Part shown: positions 1 through 10,428 of the stretch, one piece after another
How positions within the stretch are numbered: the stretch's first letter is position 1
How the letters are laid out: every line of letters starts with the position of its first letter
NCBI GenBank assembly: GCA_964012805.1
Contig: CAXGUD010000005.1
Location: 1 to 64,000, forward strand
From: an uncultured Bacteriovoracaceae bacterium
GTDB lineage: Bacteria > Bdellovibrionota > Bacteriovoracia > Bacteriovoracales > Bacteriovoracaceae
Direction: 5' to 3'
DNA: 64,000 nucleotides
Program-made: the position numbers and the translations under genes
The notes under the pieces: generated by a model
Databases searched by the model: none
Told to the model about the DNA's origin: nothing
The model's input: the letters and a program-made list of their open reading frames with translations, nothing else

Positions 1-3000
1 TTCCTCTTTTAATGAACAAGAAAAAGTCAATTTCTGAAGATCTATATCTTCATCTCCTCCCTTAGTGGGATTATTGGGCCTTATTTTTTTTAAATCCGCT
101 GTTAAAGTAGAGTTATCATTGCTATTGATATCAATAATTGCCTCATTTTCATTAATAGTTTGATCATCAATATCAGCAAGTATTGGTGCCCTATTTGAAT
201 TCTTCACAATAACAGAGAATGTTTCTGAATCTTTAGAATCAACCATCGTCCCATTATTATTTATTTTTCCTCCATCATCAGCTGTAATGGTGAATTCATA
301 ATCTCCCGCTTGGAAAAAATCTGGTTTCCAGTTCATTTTTCCATTACTATTATTAAAAGAAAGACCTCTTAAAGAAGAACATTCTTTATTACCATCTAAT
401 TTTTTGTTAATAGTTTCATCATAAAAACATTTATAGGTTAATACTTCCAAATCGATATCTTTATCCCCATTACTTGTTTTATCATTAGCATCCACTTCTT
501 TTATACTTTGATTTTCTTTAGTTTCTTGATTATCTATAGATATTAAATCAGGGGCCCTATTTATGTTTTCTACTTCAATTGTAAAGACTTTGCTTGACTT
601 TAGAGGAATAGGATCATCATCGACGGCAACAATTTTAAGTTCATATAAACCTGATTGAGTATAATCAGGAACCCATTTTATTTTTCCCGTTTTAACTTCA
701 AAGTTAAGACCTTTTATTTTGGAACAATCTTCTCCTTTATTAGTTTTATCAACAATACCATCGGACTTTTTATCATAAAGGCAACTATAAGTAATATTTT
801 GAAGATCTATATCTTCGTCTATTTTCTTAGGTCCAGTTTTACCTGGTGTTTTAATTCTGGCTTGTTCTATGGGAACAATAAGTTTGGAAATATCATTAGG
901 GTCAATAAGACCTAATTCTTCCATTTCCTTAATTTTTTGATTTTCAATTTTGGATAGATTCGGAGGTCTATTGACATTTTTGACAACAACGTTAAATTCT
1001 TGAGAGCTGGATTTAGGATCTTCAGCATCGTTATCATTTGCCGTGATTTTAAAGACATATTTCCCAGAATGAAAAAAGTCCGTATTCCATTTTAAAACAC
1101 CTTTCTTTTGATCAAAAATCATCCCCCTAATTTTTGTATCACAAGGGATAAATGCTGATTCTTTTTCCTCTTTTAATGAACAAGAAAAAGTCAATTTCTG
1201 AAGATCTATATCTTCATCTTCTCCCTTAGTGGGATTATTAGGCCTCACTTTTTTTATATCCACTGAAAGACTTGATTCATCATTTCCATCAGCATCTATA
1301 ATCATTTCATTTTCATATATGATTTGATCATTAATCTTTGCAAGTTTTGGAGATCTATTAATATTTTTGACCTTTATAGAAAATATTTCAGAGTCTTTCG
1401 AATCAATAACAGCACCATTAACATTTATTTTTCCTCCATCTGATGCAATAAGAGTAAATTCATAGTTTCCTGATTGAAAATAATCTGGTTTCCAATCCAT
1501 TTGTCCATTTTTAGAGTTAAATGATATTCCTCTTAAAGCGGAACACTCTTTATCACCGTCTAATTTTTCATTGATTGAAGTATCATAAAAGCAACTGTAA
1601 ATTAGAGGTTCTTGATCTATATCGATGTCACTTCTACTATTTTCATCATTAGCATCTACCAATTTAATTTTCTGATTTTCATTGATATCTTGATTGGCAA
1701 TATTTATTAATTTTGGAGCTCGATTAACATTTTCAACTTCTATGTTAAAAATCTTTTCATCCTTCATTTGGACAGGATCATTGTCTAATCCAATTATTTT
1801 AAATTCATAAATACCAGACTGAGTATAGTTAGGTTTCCATTTCATTTGTCCAAGAGATGAGTCAAATAGTAATCCTTTAATTTGTGAACAAGGGTTGTCT
1901 AGCACTTTATTATCAATAATTTTATCAAAAAAGCATTCATAGTTAAGAGGCTGAAGGTCGACATCTTCATCTTCACCCTTAGCTCGACTGACATCTTCTT
2001 TCTTTTCTTTCCTTGCGACTTTAATATCCGTTAATAATACTGAAATATCAGAAGCATTAATCAAGCTAATGTCGCTATTTTCTTTAATTTTTTGATTCGA
2101 TATTTCTCTTAGTTTAGGAGGTCTATTTACATTATTAACAGTAATACTAAAACTAGAAGAATTAGAGAGAGGGTTCTCTTCATCATTATCAGTGGCTGTT
2201 ACATTAAAACTATAAAGTCCTGACGTAAAAAAGTCTGTTTTCCAATTAATAACTCCTGTATTTTTATTAAATAAAAGGCCCCTCCCCCCTGACTGACAAT
2301 CGGTATACTTTTCGACGCTTCCTTCTTTTTTAAAAGAACAAGAATACACTATTTTTTGAAGATCTATATCTTCATCTTCGTCTTTTTTGGGGTTAGTTGG
2401 TCTTACTTGGTTAATATCAACAAGAAGATTTGATTTATCCGAAAGGTTTATTTCCTTAATATTGTCATTTTCATTAATTACCTGGTTGCTTACTTCTTTA
2501 ATCGAAGGTGCCCTATTTTTATTTTTTACATTAATACTGAATTCAACAGAGTCAATTGAAACCTTCTCTATTCCATTTACATCTTTTATATTTCCGCCAT
2601 CGGCGCCTGTTATTTTGAAAAAATATTTACCAGACTGAAAGAAGTCAGGTTTCCACTTTAATTTCCCAGTAACATCTGAGAATTCAAGGCCCCTAATATT
2701 TATACAACTTGTTTTTTTGGAACTATTCTTATTTTTATTGAAAAAACAAGAATAGTTTATTTTTTCTAAATCAATGTCTACATCACTTCCAGTTTCTTTA
2801 TCATTTATATCTACAAGTTTTATATCACTGTTTTCTTCAACCTCTTGATCATCGACATCCTGTAGTTCAGGACTTCTATTTACATTGACAACCTCAACTT
2901 TAAAAATTTTACTGTCAGTTAATGCCATAGGATCATTATCAGTTCCAATAACTTTAAACTCGTAGATGCCAGATTGTGTAAAATTTGGCTTCCAACTCAT

Positions 3001-6000
3001 TATTCCTTTAGTGACATCGAAAACAAGTCCCTCCAATTCCAAACATGATTGAGTACCAACTTTTTTATCAACTAATCTATCAAAGAAGCATGCGTATCTT
3101 ATTTTCTGTAAATCGATATCCTCATCATTTAACTTAGGCCCTGAACTGCCAGGTATAGTTTTTCTGGCAGCATCTAAATTTATCGATAATACGGCCACAT
3201 CATTTAGATCAACAGTACCTAGTTCAGTATTTTCATCTATTTTTTTATCTTCTATATCCTTAAGTTTTGGAGGTCTATTCACGTTATTGACAAAGACTTT
3301 AAAGGTAGTTTCGTCAGAAAGAGGATCTAACAAATCATTATCCGTGCCTATAATTTTAAATTCATAGGTACCAGAGTGAAAATAATCAGTACGCCATGAC
3401 ATTTCACCATTTTTACTATTAAATTTTAAACCTCTTAATTTTTCTGTACATTCATCAAATTTATTATTTAATTTTATCTTTAAATTTTTGAATAAACATT
3501 GATAGGTTATTTTTTGAAGGTCCATATCCTCATCTTCATCTTTTGAAGGGGCAATGGGCCTTATTTCTTTTAGATCTAGTGAGATATTCGATTCATCTTT
3601 GATATTTACTAATTTAATCGATTCATTTTCATTTATGTTCTGGTCGTTTATAATTATAAGTTTAGGTGGTCTGTTCACGTTTTTAACTTCTATTTTAAAG
3701 AAGGAAGATGATTGAGAATCAATTAATATTCCATCTTGGTTTTTAAATTTCCCCCCATCACTTGCCGTAATTTTGAATTCATAAATACCTTTTTGAAAAT
3801 AATCCGTTTTCCATACCAAACGTCCATTAGCAGTATCAAATTTGGCTCCTCTTAAATTCGAACACGATTTTCCTTTTTCAATTTTATTGTTCACATTTTC
3901 ATCAAACGAACATCTATAAATTAAGGCCTCTTGATCAATATCTTTATCATTTCCTGTATTTTTATCATTAGCATCAACAATCTCTATATTAGTATTTTCA
4001 TCAACGGTTTGATCTTTTATTTTGGTTATTTCAGGAGGCCTATTAACATTGTTTACAGTTAGCTCAAATATTTTGGAGTCACTTAGAGGTTCATTTTTAT
4101 CATTATCAGATGCAAAAATCTTAATTTCATATTTCCCTGATTGAGTAAAATCGGGTTTCCAATCAATATCAGCATTAGTACGATCAAATTTAAAGTTTCT
4201 AATTTTTTCACATTTCTCTTTTTTTACACTTCCATCTCCTTTTAAATCAAAAAAGCAGTCGTAAGTTAGTTTTTGTAAATCTACATCTTCATTTCTTTTC
4301 TTTGGACCACTCGTATTAGGAACAGTAACTCTAGCAAAGTTAATTTGTGTTGATAAAGAACTATAATCACCGATATCGGTAATCTTTATCCTTTTATTCT
4401 CATCTATGTTCTTATTTTCTATTTCTTTTATTATTGGAGGACGATTCACGTTAATAACGTTTACAAAAAAGTCCTTACTATCTGATAGTGGGTTTAGGTC
4501 ATCATTATCTGTAACTATAATTTTAAAATTGTAATTATTGGCCTGAAAATGATCTGTACTCCAATTTATTTCACCTGTATTAGCATTAAACTTAAAATTC
4601 CTTAAATTATCGGAACATTTTTTATAACCTACAAAAGAACCAAATTTAACGGTGCAAAAATAAGTCAATTTTTGTAAATCTATATCCTCATCATTTTCTT
4701 TAATGGGATTTTCTGGTCTGGCCAATTTTAAATCAAGAATTAAGTTGGAATTATCATCCAAATCAATTAGCTTAATTGACTCTGATTCCTTGATCGTTTG
4801 ATTTTCTATATCCGCCAAGGAAGGAGGTCTATTTACATTTTTTACTTCTACACTAAAAATATCATAAGAAATAGAAGGAGTTAATTCTCCATTTTTATTT
4901 TTAAATTCCCCCCCATCAGAACCAATAACCTTAAACTCATAAATCCCTGAAAGAAAGTAATCTGTTTTCCAATTGATCTGTCCTTTTTGTTCATCGAACT
5001 TTAGACCCCTTAAGCTCGAACAACTTCCACCTTCATCCTTTTCCTGTACATTTCCGTCAACCAACTTATCGTAAAAACATTTATAGCTTAATTTTTCTTT
5101 ATCTATATCAGTGTCATCACCCGTATTTTGATCATAAAAGTCTATCGAAGGCATCGAATCGTTTTCGTTTACTAACTTATTTTTTATATCAACAAGCTTA
5201 GGCCTTCTATTTACGTTTTTGACTTTAACTTTAAATATTTTATTCATTGATAAAGGTTTTGGATCATCGTCTATCGCAGTGATCTTAAACTCATAGGTTC
5301 CAGACTGATCATAATCAGGCGTCCAGTTAATTTGTCCTTTATCTGAATTAAAAGTCAAACCACTAATTCTTAAACAATCTACTCCGTTTTCCACCTTTTC
5401 ATCTGCCTTTAAATCATAAAGGCAGGTATAAGTTATCTTCTGTAAATCAATATCTTCATCCTCTCCCTTTGGACCATCCTTTAGCGCGACTGTTTTACGA
5501 GCTTCTTTTATATCTATTTTCAAAATTGAATTATCAGAAACGTCGACTGTATTAATTGCAATATTTTCATCGACCTCTTGATTTGGAATATCACTCAAGC
5601 TAGGAGGTCTGTTTACATTTTTAACGTTTATGCTAAAAACCTTTTCATCTAAGGATTCTATTAATTTATTTTCAATTTTATCAAATATTTTTCCACCATC
5701 AGATGCCTTTAATTTGAATTCGTAAGTACCAGAATGGAAATAATCCGTTTTCCACTCTAAGATCCCCTTTGTCTGATCAAACTTTAGTCCTCTAATTTCC
5801 TTACAATCTAAATTTTCAGCTACGTTATTGTCTTTTTTGTTATCGTAAAAACATGAATATGTGATTTTATCCAAATCTACATCTTCATCATCACTCTTAA
5901 CTGGATTTAAAGGTCTTATTAACGAAAGAGGTGATTTAATAACAGATGAATCATTAGCATCCACTTTCAACAAAGGGTCACTTTCTTTAATAACAAGGTC

Positions 6001-7720
6001 TTCTATTTCTGCTAAACTTGGTGGTCTATTTACATTATCTACTTTAATTTTTAATATCTTTTTATCCTCAAGGCTTTTTCCTGGCGCACCATCACTCGCA
6101 ACAATCATAAATTCATAAGTTCCAGATTGAAAAAAATCAGGAGTCCAATTAATTAGACCTTTATCACTATCAAAACTAAAACCTCTTAAATTCTTATCAT
6201 CGCATTTTTTGAAAGCATTTACTTTACCATCTATAATTTGATCAAAAAAACAGCTGTAGGTTATCTTTTGTAAGTCAATATCAAAATCCTTATTCTTACC
6301 AATTGGATAAGAGGAACCATCATTGAAGTCTATTTCTTTGATAGTGGTTCCTTCATCTACTTTTAAAATTTCTTCAAAATTAATTTTTTCACCCGAAGAA
6401 AAAGCAACAAGAAGTGGTGGCCTATTAAAATCCTTTACTTTTACTTTAAATGTCCTCTTATTTAACCCTAACTCCTTTGATTCATTTTTTCCGTCATCAG
6501 CTGTTATCGTAAAAACATAATCTCCAGACTGTCTATTATCAGGAACCCAATCCATTTCACCGGTATTTTCGTTAAATTTAAAATTATTCTCTTTACCGTT
6601 TAGCCCCGAACAATCTGTCTTTTTTGACAAGTTACCATTTGCTGAATTTTGATATTGGCAATTAAACGTCAAAACTTCTAAATCCCTATCAGAGTCAGGG
6701 TTTTTAAAAAGCTCTCCATTTTTACTTTTTAACAAAAGCGACTTATCGATTCTATCTTGATTGACTTTGACAAGACTTATATCATCGACATTAATAGGCT
6801 CCATCGTCTCTAGTTCATAAATAGTTTGATCTTTAATCTCACTTAGAAGAGGTTTGTGATTTTTATTACTTATTTTTACAATAAATTTAATTTCGTCTTT
6901 TAATGACCCATTTAATAAATCTCCATCATCCCCAATTATTTTAAATTCGTATGTTCCTTCCTGGAAATGGTCGGGTTCCCATTCAAACTGTCCGTTTAAA
7001 TTATTAAAGTCTAATTTCCCAATCCCAACATTATCAAATTCTTTTTTCCCTTCGACTTTTTTATTCGTTTCTCCGGTTTCACAAGAATAAAAACTATTTT
7101 CTTTTGATTTACTTTTTTTTCTATACCAACAAGAATAAATTATTCTATCAAAATCTTGGTCTTCATCATCTCCCTTTATTGAACGGCCAAAACCTAAATC
7201 TTTCAAATCTTCTTTAGGTACGCTCTTTCCTTCGAAATAATGTGGAATAGATATGTCATTAATGTCAATTGATATTTTTTTCTCTTCTTTTAAATTAAAT
7301 ATTATAGGCCCAGTTGATGTTTTTTTTACTTCCTTACCGCTAGAAAAGATAGCCAAGTTTGGTTTGTGATTATTCTTTTTTATTTCAATATATGAATAAA
7401 TTGACTTAGTTGATATTTTTTTGCCTTTGCTTTTATAACCCTCCCTAGGTCCATCTCTTGCCTCAATAACGACTTTATATTTTCCATACTGGTAAAAGTC
7501 AGGCTTCCAATTAAAAATTCCTGTATGAATATTAAACTCGAAATTTCTTAAAGCACCACATCTTTTTTCCTTTTTAACCTCATCATCCTTCCAAGAATTT
7601 TTTCCGATTACTTTATTCTCAATTGCATTTTCCATTTCAACTGGCAATTTCTCATAAAAGCATTCATAAAAGACTTTGTCTCCATCTTCATCGTATTGGT
7701 AATTTTTTTTATCTTCTTCT
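1..7720 (-). repeat. Coding tandem repeat array of ~120-140 aa domains within the giant ORF
   Basis: 19 N(R/H)xP linker motifs near 190, 555, 965, 1352, 1720, 2122, 2512, 2875, 3275, 3672, 4040, 4442, 4828, 5207, 5610, 6027, 6422, 6858, 7367. Confidence 0.9.
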
Positions 7721-9033
7721 GGTAGGTCCAAGAAAGAATTTTCTTCATTTTTCTCTTTTTCTTCTATTTCTAACTGCCTTTTATCTTCAAGGATCTTTAT
7801 ATCTTTTTTGGATTTTTTAGAAACCTCTAACTTTTTCGCTTCATAGTTATTGGTCCGGATATTTAAATTATCAATTCTCTCTTTTAAGTCTAATAAGTAA
7901 TAATTAAAAATATATATTTCATTTTGAATAATGATTTTTGTTCTTCTTATTTCTACAAGGCTTCTTTTTAAATCTGATAATGTATTCCCTTCTTTATCTT
8001 TCTCCTTTTCTATATCTAAACTCCAATTTATTTCTCCATCGCTATTAAGAAACTTATCAACCAAATTATTTCTTTTTTCCTCTCCTTTTCTTCTATAAAC
8101 TGACTTCAAGTTATCTATTTTCTTTCTAATTTCCAATTCTTTAGAGCTATTTAAAATTAACTTATCATTAAGATCTTTAATACGATCTTTGTATTTTTTT
8201 AATAAGGATTCTTCTTTATTTTTTTTGTATAGGTTAAATTCATTTTTCGTTTTAACACTTTTACTGTTTATTTTTTTATTTAGGATAGAAAAATATGTTG
8301 TTCTTTTAGATTCAATTTCAAGCCTCATTTCCTTTTTTGATTTAACGTATTCATTTCTTTCTTCTCTTTTTTGTCTTAATTTTTTAATTTCTGACTTTAA
8401 ATCTTTTGTTAAATCACTAAACTTTAATTTTTCACTCCTATAATTTATTAATTCCTCATTAAACTTCTCTTTTAAAATCAAATAAAGAGTTTTCAGTTTT
8501 TTTAGTTCCTCCTCCTTTATTTCTATTTCAGATTCTAAATCTTTTGTTTTTTCCTTATCATTGTCATCTTCAATTAAGCTAAACTCTTTTTTTAACCTAT
8601 CTAATATTTTATTTTTCTCATTTATTTTTTTGTACTCATTAATTCGCTGTTTATTTAAAACGAGGTACTTTTTTCTAGATTCAGTCAACCTAGAAGAATA
8701 TTTACTTTTTATATTTTTTATTTTCTCTTTTGATTTTTTGATTTGAAGATCCAACGATAATATTTTATCGCTTATTTCTTTTCTTTTAATTTCCACTCCA
8801 TCTAGTTCATTTTTAGCTTTAATCTCCTCTTTTGATATTATTAAACTACCTTCCAATTCCTTTTCTATTTTTTCTTTTTCTCTTTGATCTTCTCTGTTTT
8901 TTTGTTGGTAGGTTTTTAAATTTGGTTTAGCTTCTTTTGGTAACGCCATTAAAAAAATGAAAAAGGTGACAATCACTATTTTACTAAATGAGTCCACCTT
9001 TAAAAGAAAGTTTATTTTTCCTAGATTATTCAT
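1..9033 (-). CDS. Giant (>3011 aa, 3' end outside window) exported/membrane-anchored protein with coiled coil and about 20 tandem cadherin/Ig-like repeats; putative adhesin or surface fibre
   Basis: Not in ORF track, consistent with no in-frame stop in the window. Manual translation from ATG at 9033 gives MNNLGKINFLLKVDSFSKIVIVTFFIFLMALPKEAKP. The same frame reads GGDEDIDLQKLTFSCSLKEE at positions 60..1. Repeated motif NRPP...DxDIDxQKxTYxC...C...W(K/T)(P/T)DYFQSGxYEFKIxAxD about every 390 nt. Confidence 0.92.
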   Translation of the reverse strand, partial: MNNLGKINFLLKVDSFSKIVIVTFFIFLMALPKEAKPNLKTYQQKNREDQREKEKIEKELEGSLIISKEEIKAKNELDGVEIKRKEISDKILSLDLQIKKSKEKIKNIKSKYSSRLTESRKKYLVLNKQRINEYKKINEKNKILDRLKKEFSLIEDDNDKEKTKDLESEIEIKEEELKKLKTLYLILKEKFNEELINYRSEKLKFSDLTKDLKSEIKKLRQKREERNEYVKSKKEMRLEIESKRTTYFSILNKKINSKSVKTKNEFNLYKKNKEESLLKKYKDRIKDLNDKLILNSSKELEIRKKIDNLKSVYRRKGEEKRNNLVDKFLNSDGEINWSLDIEKEKDKEGNTLSDLKRSLVEIRRTKIIIQNEIYIFNYYLLDLKERIDNLNIRTNNYEAKKLEVSKKSKKDIKILEDKRQLEIEEKEKNEENSFLDLPEEDKKNYQYDEDGDKVFYECFYEKLPVEMENAIENKVIGKNSWKDDEVKKEKRCGALRNFEFNIHTGIFNWKPDFYQYGKYKVVIEARDGPREGYKSKGKKISTKSIYSYIEIKKNNHKPNLAIFSSGKEVKKTSTGPIIFNLKEEKKISIDINDISIPHYFEGKSVPKEDLKDLGFGRSIKGDDEDQDFDRIIYSCWYRKKSKSKENSFYSCETGETNKKVEGKKEFDNVGIGKLDFNNLNGQFEWEPDHFQEGTYEFKIIGDDGDLLNGSLKDEIKFIVKISNKNHKPLLSEIKDQTIYELETMEPINVDDISLVKVNQDRIDKSLLLKSKNGELFKNPDSDRDLEVLTFNCQYQNSANGNLSKKTDCSGLNGKENNFKFNENTGEMDWVPDNRQSGDYVFTITADDGKNESKELGLNKRTFKVKVKDFNRPPLLVAFSSGEKINFEEILKVDEGTTIKEIDFNDGSSYPIGKNKDFDIDLQKITYSCFFDQIIDGKVNAFKKCDDKNLRGFSFDSDKGLINWTPDFFQSGTYEFMIVASDGAPGKSLEDKKILKIKVDNVNRPPSLAEIEDLVIKESDPLLKVDANDSSVIKSPLSLIRPLNPVKSDDEDVDLDKITYSCFYDNKKDNNVAENLDCKEIRGLKFDQTKGILEWKTDYFHSGTYEFKLKASDGGKIFDKIENKLIESLDEKVFSINVKNVNRPPSLSDIPNQEVDENIAINTVDVSDNSILKIDIKEARKTVALKDGPKGEDEDIDLQKITYTCLYDLKADEKVENGVDCLRISGLTFNSDKGQINWTPDYDQSGTYEFKITAIDDDPKPLSMNKIFKVKVKNVNRRPKLVDIKNKLVNENDSMPSIDFYDQNTGDDTDIDKEKLSYKCFYDKLVDGNVQEKDEGGSCSSLRGLKFDEQKGQINWKTDYFLSGIYEFKVIGSDGGEFKNKNGELTPSISYDIFSVEVKNVNRPPSLADIENQTIKESESIKLIDLDDNSNLILDLKLARPENPIKENDEDIDLQKLTYFCTVKFGSFVGYKKCSDNLRNFKFNANTGEINWSTDHFQANNYNFKIIVTDNDDLNPLSDSKDFFVNVINVNRPPIIKEIENKNIDENKRIKITDIGDYSSLSTQINFARVTVPNTSGPKKRNEDVDLQKLTYDCFFDLKGDGSVKKEKCEKIRNFKFDRTNADIDWKPDFTQSGKYEIKIFASDNDKNEPLSDSKIFELTVNNVNRPPEITKIKDQTVDENTNIEIVDANDKNTGNDKDIDQEALIYRCSFDENVNNKIEKGKSCSNLRGAKFDTANGRLVWKTDYFQKGIYEFKITASDGGKFKNQDGILIDSQSSSFFKIEVKNVNRPPKLIIINDQNINENESIKLVNIKDESNISLDLKEIRPIAPSKDEDEDMDLQKITYQCLFKNLKIKLNNKFDECTEKLRGLKFNSKNGEMSWRTDYFHSGTYEFKIIGTDNDLLDPLSDETTFKVFVNNVNRPPKLKDIEDKKIDENTELGTVDLNDVAVLSINLDAARKTIPGSSGPKLNDEDIDLQKIRYACFFDRLVDKKVGTQSCLELEGLVFDVTKGIMSWKPNFTQSGIYEFKVIGTDNDPMALTDSKIFKVEVVNVNRSPELQDVDDQEVEENSDIKLVDINDKETGSDVDIDLEKINYSCFFNKNKNSSKKTSCINIRGLEFSDVTGKLKWKPDFFQSGKYFFKITGADGGNIKDVNGIEKVSIDSVEFSINVKNKNRAPSIKEVSNQVINENDNIKEINLSDKSNLLVDINQVRPTNPKKDEDEDIDLQKIVYSCSFKKEGSVEKYTDCQSGGRGLLFNKNTGVINWKTDFFTSGLYSFNVTATDNDEENPLSNSSSFSITVNNVNRPPKLREISNQKIKENSDISLINASDISVLLTDIKVARKEKKEDVSRAKGEDEDVDLQPLNYECFFDKIIDNKVLDNPCSQIKGLLFDSSLGQMKWKPNYTQSGIYEFKIIGLDNDPVQMKDEKIFNIEVENVNRAPKLINIANQDINENQKIKLVDANDENSRSDIDIDQEPLIYSCFYDTSINEKLDGDKECSALRGISFNSKNGQMDWKPDYFQSGNYEFTLIASDGGKINVNGAVIDSKDSEIFSIKVKNINRSPKLAKINDQIIYENEMIIDADGNDESSLSVDIKKVRPNNPTKGEDEDIDLQKLTFSCSLKEEKESAFIPCDTKIRGMIFDQKKGVLKWNTDFFHSGKYVFKITANDNDAEDPKSSSQEFNVVVKNVNRPPNLSKIENQKIKEMEELGLIDPNDISKLIVPIEQARIKTPGKTGPKKIDEDIDLQNITYSCLYDKKSDGIVDKTNKGEDCSKIKGLNFEVKTGKIKWVPDYTQSGLYELKIVAVDDDPIPLKSSKVFTIEVENINRAPDLISIDNQETKENQSIKEVDANDKTSNGDKDIDLEVLTYKCFYDETINKKLDGNKECSSLRGLSFNNSNGKMNWKPDFFQAGDYEFTITADDGGKINNNGTMVDSKDSETFSVIVKNSNRAPILADIDDQTINENEAIIDINSNDNSTLTADLKKIRPNNPTKGGDEDIDLQKLTFSCSLKEE

Positions 9034-9074
9034 AAATAATTATTTTTATTATTTATTGTTTTCTATTCTTTATA

Positions 9075-10112
9075 TTAATTATTTCCTTTTTTATTATTAA
9101 GAAGATTCCCTCCTGCCAAAGCAGAGTCCTTAACACTGTTAGTATTATTTTCAGGTTCACTTGAATTTCCATCTTCAATAGTTATTTTAAAACTTACAAC
9201 ATCTTTGTTTTTTCCGTCAGTCCCCTCGATAGAAAAATTATACACACCTGATATCATTGACCCTGGTTCATTAAGAATCCAAGTTAATTTTCCATTATCA
9301 TTATCAAAATAAAAATTCACATCACCTATGTCCTCACAACCTCCGCTTTCTAGCATTCCTGGTTCCCTGTTTTCACTTGTAAACTTGCATGAATAAATTA
9401 TTTTGTCTCCATTTCTATCTAAATCCTTCTGAGTTTTTTCATCATTAATATCTATTTCAATATCTTCTAAATCAATTTCAGATACACTTAAATCACTGAC
9501 CTTCGTTAAAGAAGGTTCTAAGTCTTGGTATTTTATTTTTTTTCTCTTTAAATTATTAGTGCTGGATTTCTCTAATTTTTCCTGATTTGATGAGGAATTT
9601 TCTTCTTTATTTGTTTTCTTATTTAATGTGGTTACATTAATTTTTTCCTTTTTTGTTTTTTTACTTCCCACCTCTTTTAATATTTCTTCTTTTACTTTTC
9701 TTCTTTTTTCTTTTTCAATTTCATTATCTGATTCAATTCCTTTTTTTCTATTTCTTAATAATTTTCCTTTTTTAAATCCAGGCACAGATGTTATTTTTCT
9801 AGAAGATTTATTTTCTGTAATTTTATTATTATTTTTTTTAGTTACTTTTTTGAAAAAACTCTTAACTGTTTTTGATATTCTTTTTTTTGTGACCTCTGGA
9901 TCATCAAGATCATTTTTATTTTGATTTATAGATTCATCACTAATTTCTTTTTGTTTTTTTAGTTTTGATAATTCTTCTTTGGACTTTTCTTTTGTTTTAA
10001 AATATTTAAGTATATCTACATCTGTATTTTTTACGACAACATAACCAGCCACTATCGTTAAAGAAGAAATAACTAGAGATAAGACAAGTTCTTTCATGAC
10101 TATATCAACCAA
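9075..10112 (-). CDS. N-terminally anchored Lys-rich protein with one C-terminal cadherin/Ig-like domain of the same type as the giant neighbour (start may be ATG 10097)
   Basis: TM segment LVLSLVISSLTIVAGYVVV, K/E-rich linker, then DLDRNGDKIIYSC...C...FDNDNGKLTW...SGVYNFSIEGTDG. Confidence 0.85.
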   Translation of the reverse strand: MVDIVMKELVLSLVISSLTIVAGYVVVKNTDVDILKYFKTKEKSKEELSKLKKQKEISDESINQNKNDLDDPEVTKKRISKTVKSFFKKVTKKNNNKITENKSSRKITSVPGFKKGKLLRNRKKGIESDNEIEKEKRRKVKEEILKEVGSKKTKKEKINVTTLNKKTNKEENSSSNQEKLEKSSTNNLKRKKIKYQDLEPSLTKVSDLSVSEIDLEDIEIDINDEKTQKDLDRNGDKIIYSCKFTSENREPGMLESGGCEDIGDVNFYFDNDNGKLTWILNEPGSMISGVYNFSIEGTDGKNKDVVSFKITIEDGNSSEPENNTNSVKDSALAGGNLLNNKKGNN

Positions 10113-10428
10113 TTAAGAGTAACAAAAAAGGTTCAGGAACCAGGTTATGTCACTGTTATCTTTCGGTTCACACTACGTCATTTATTATACCTTTTTCGTC
10201 AACCATAACGAAATTTTTTTAAATTTTAATGATTTAGATACTCTAAGATGCACTAATAAATTGGCTTTTTAGAGTCGCCCAACCATTTCTATAACTAAAC
10301 TTTATTTGTTTAAATAAATTTTGTTTTAAAGAAATTGCGCCTCTCAAAGTTACATTTAAAATTAAAGAGGCTTTATCTTGAAAAAATAAGTTTTATTTAT
10401 TTCTGACGTGGTAAAAAGTCTAAAGCTT

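Noticed and set aside
1..1245. 81-bp duplicated patch as a DGR template/variable repeat pair
   Set aside because: Only two mismatches, not both adenine-specific on one strand; both copies are coding; no reverse transcriptase in the window
1..7400. Regular ~390-nt periodicity as a CRISPR array or non-coding repeat
   Set aside because: Units are long, degenerate, in frame and conserved at protein level; no cas genes
655..8746. Short plus-strand ORFs in the ORF track (655, 2387, 5861, 6323, 7623, 8189, 8561)
   Set aside because: Antisense shadows of the giant minus-strand CDS; F/L/S/I-rich with no motifs
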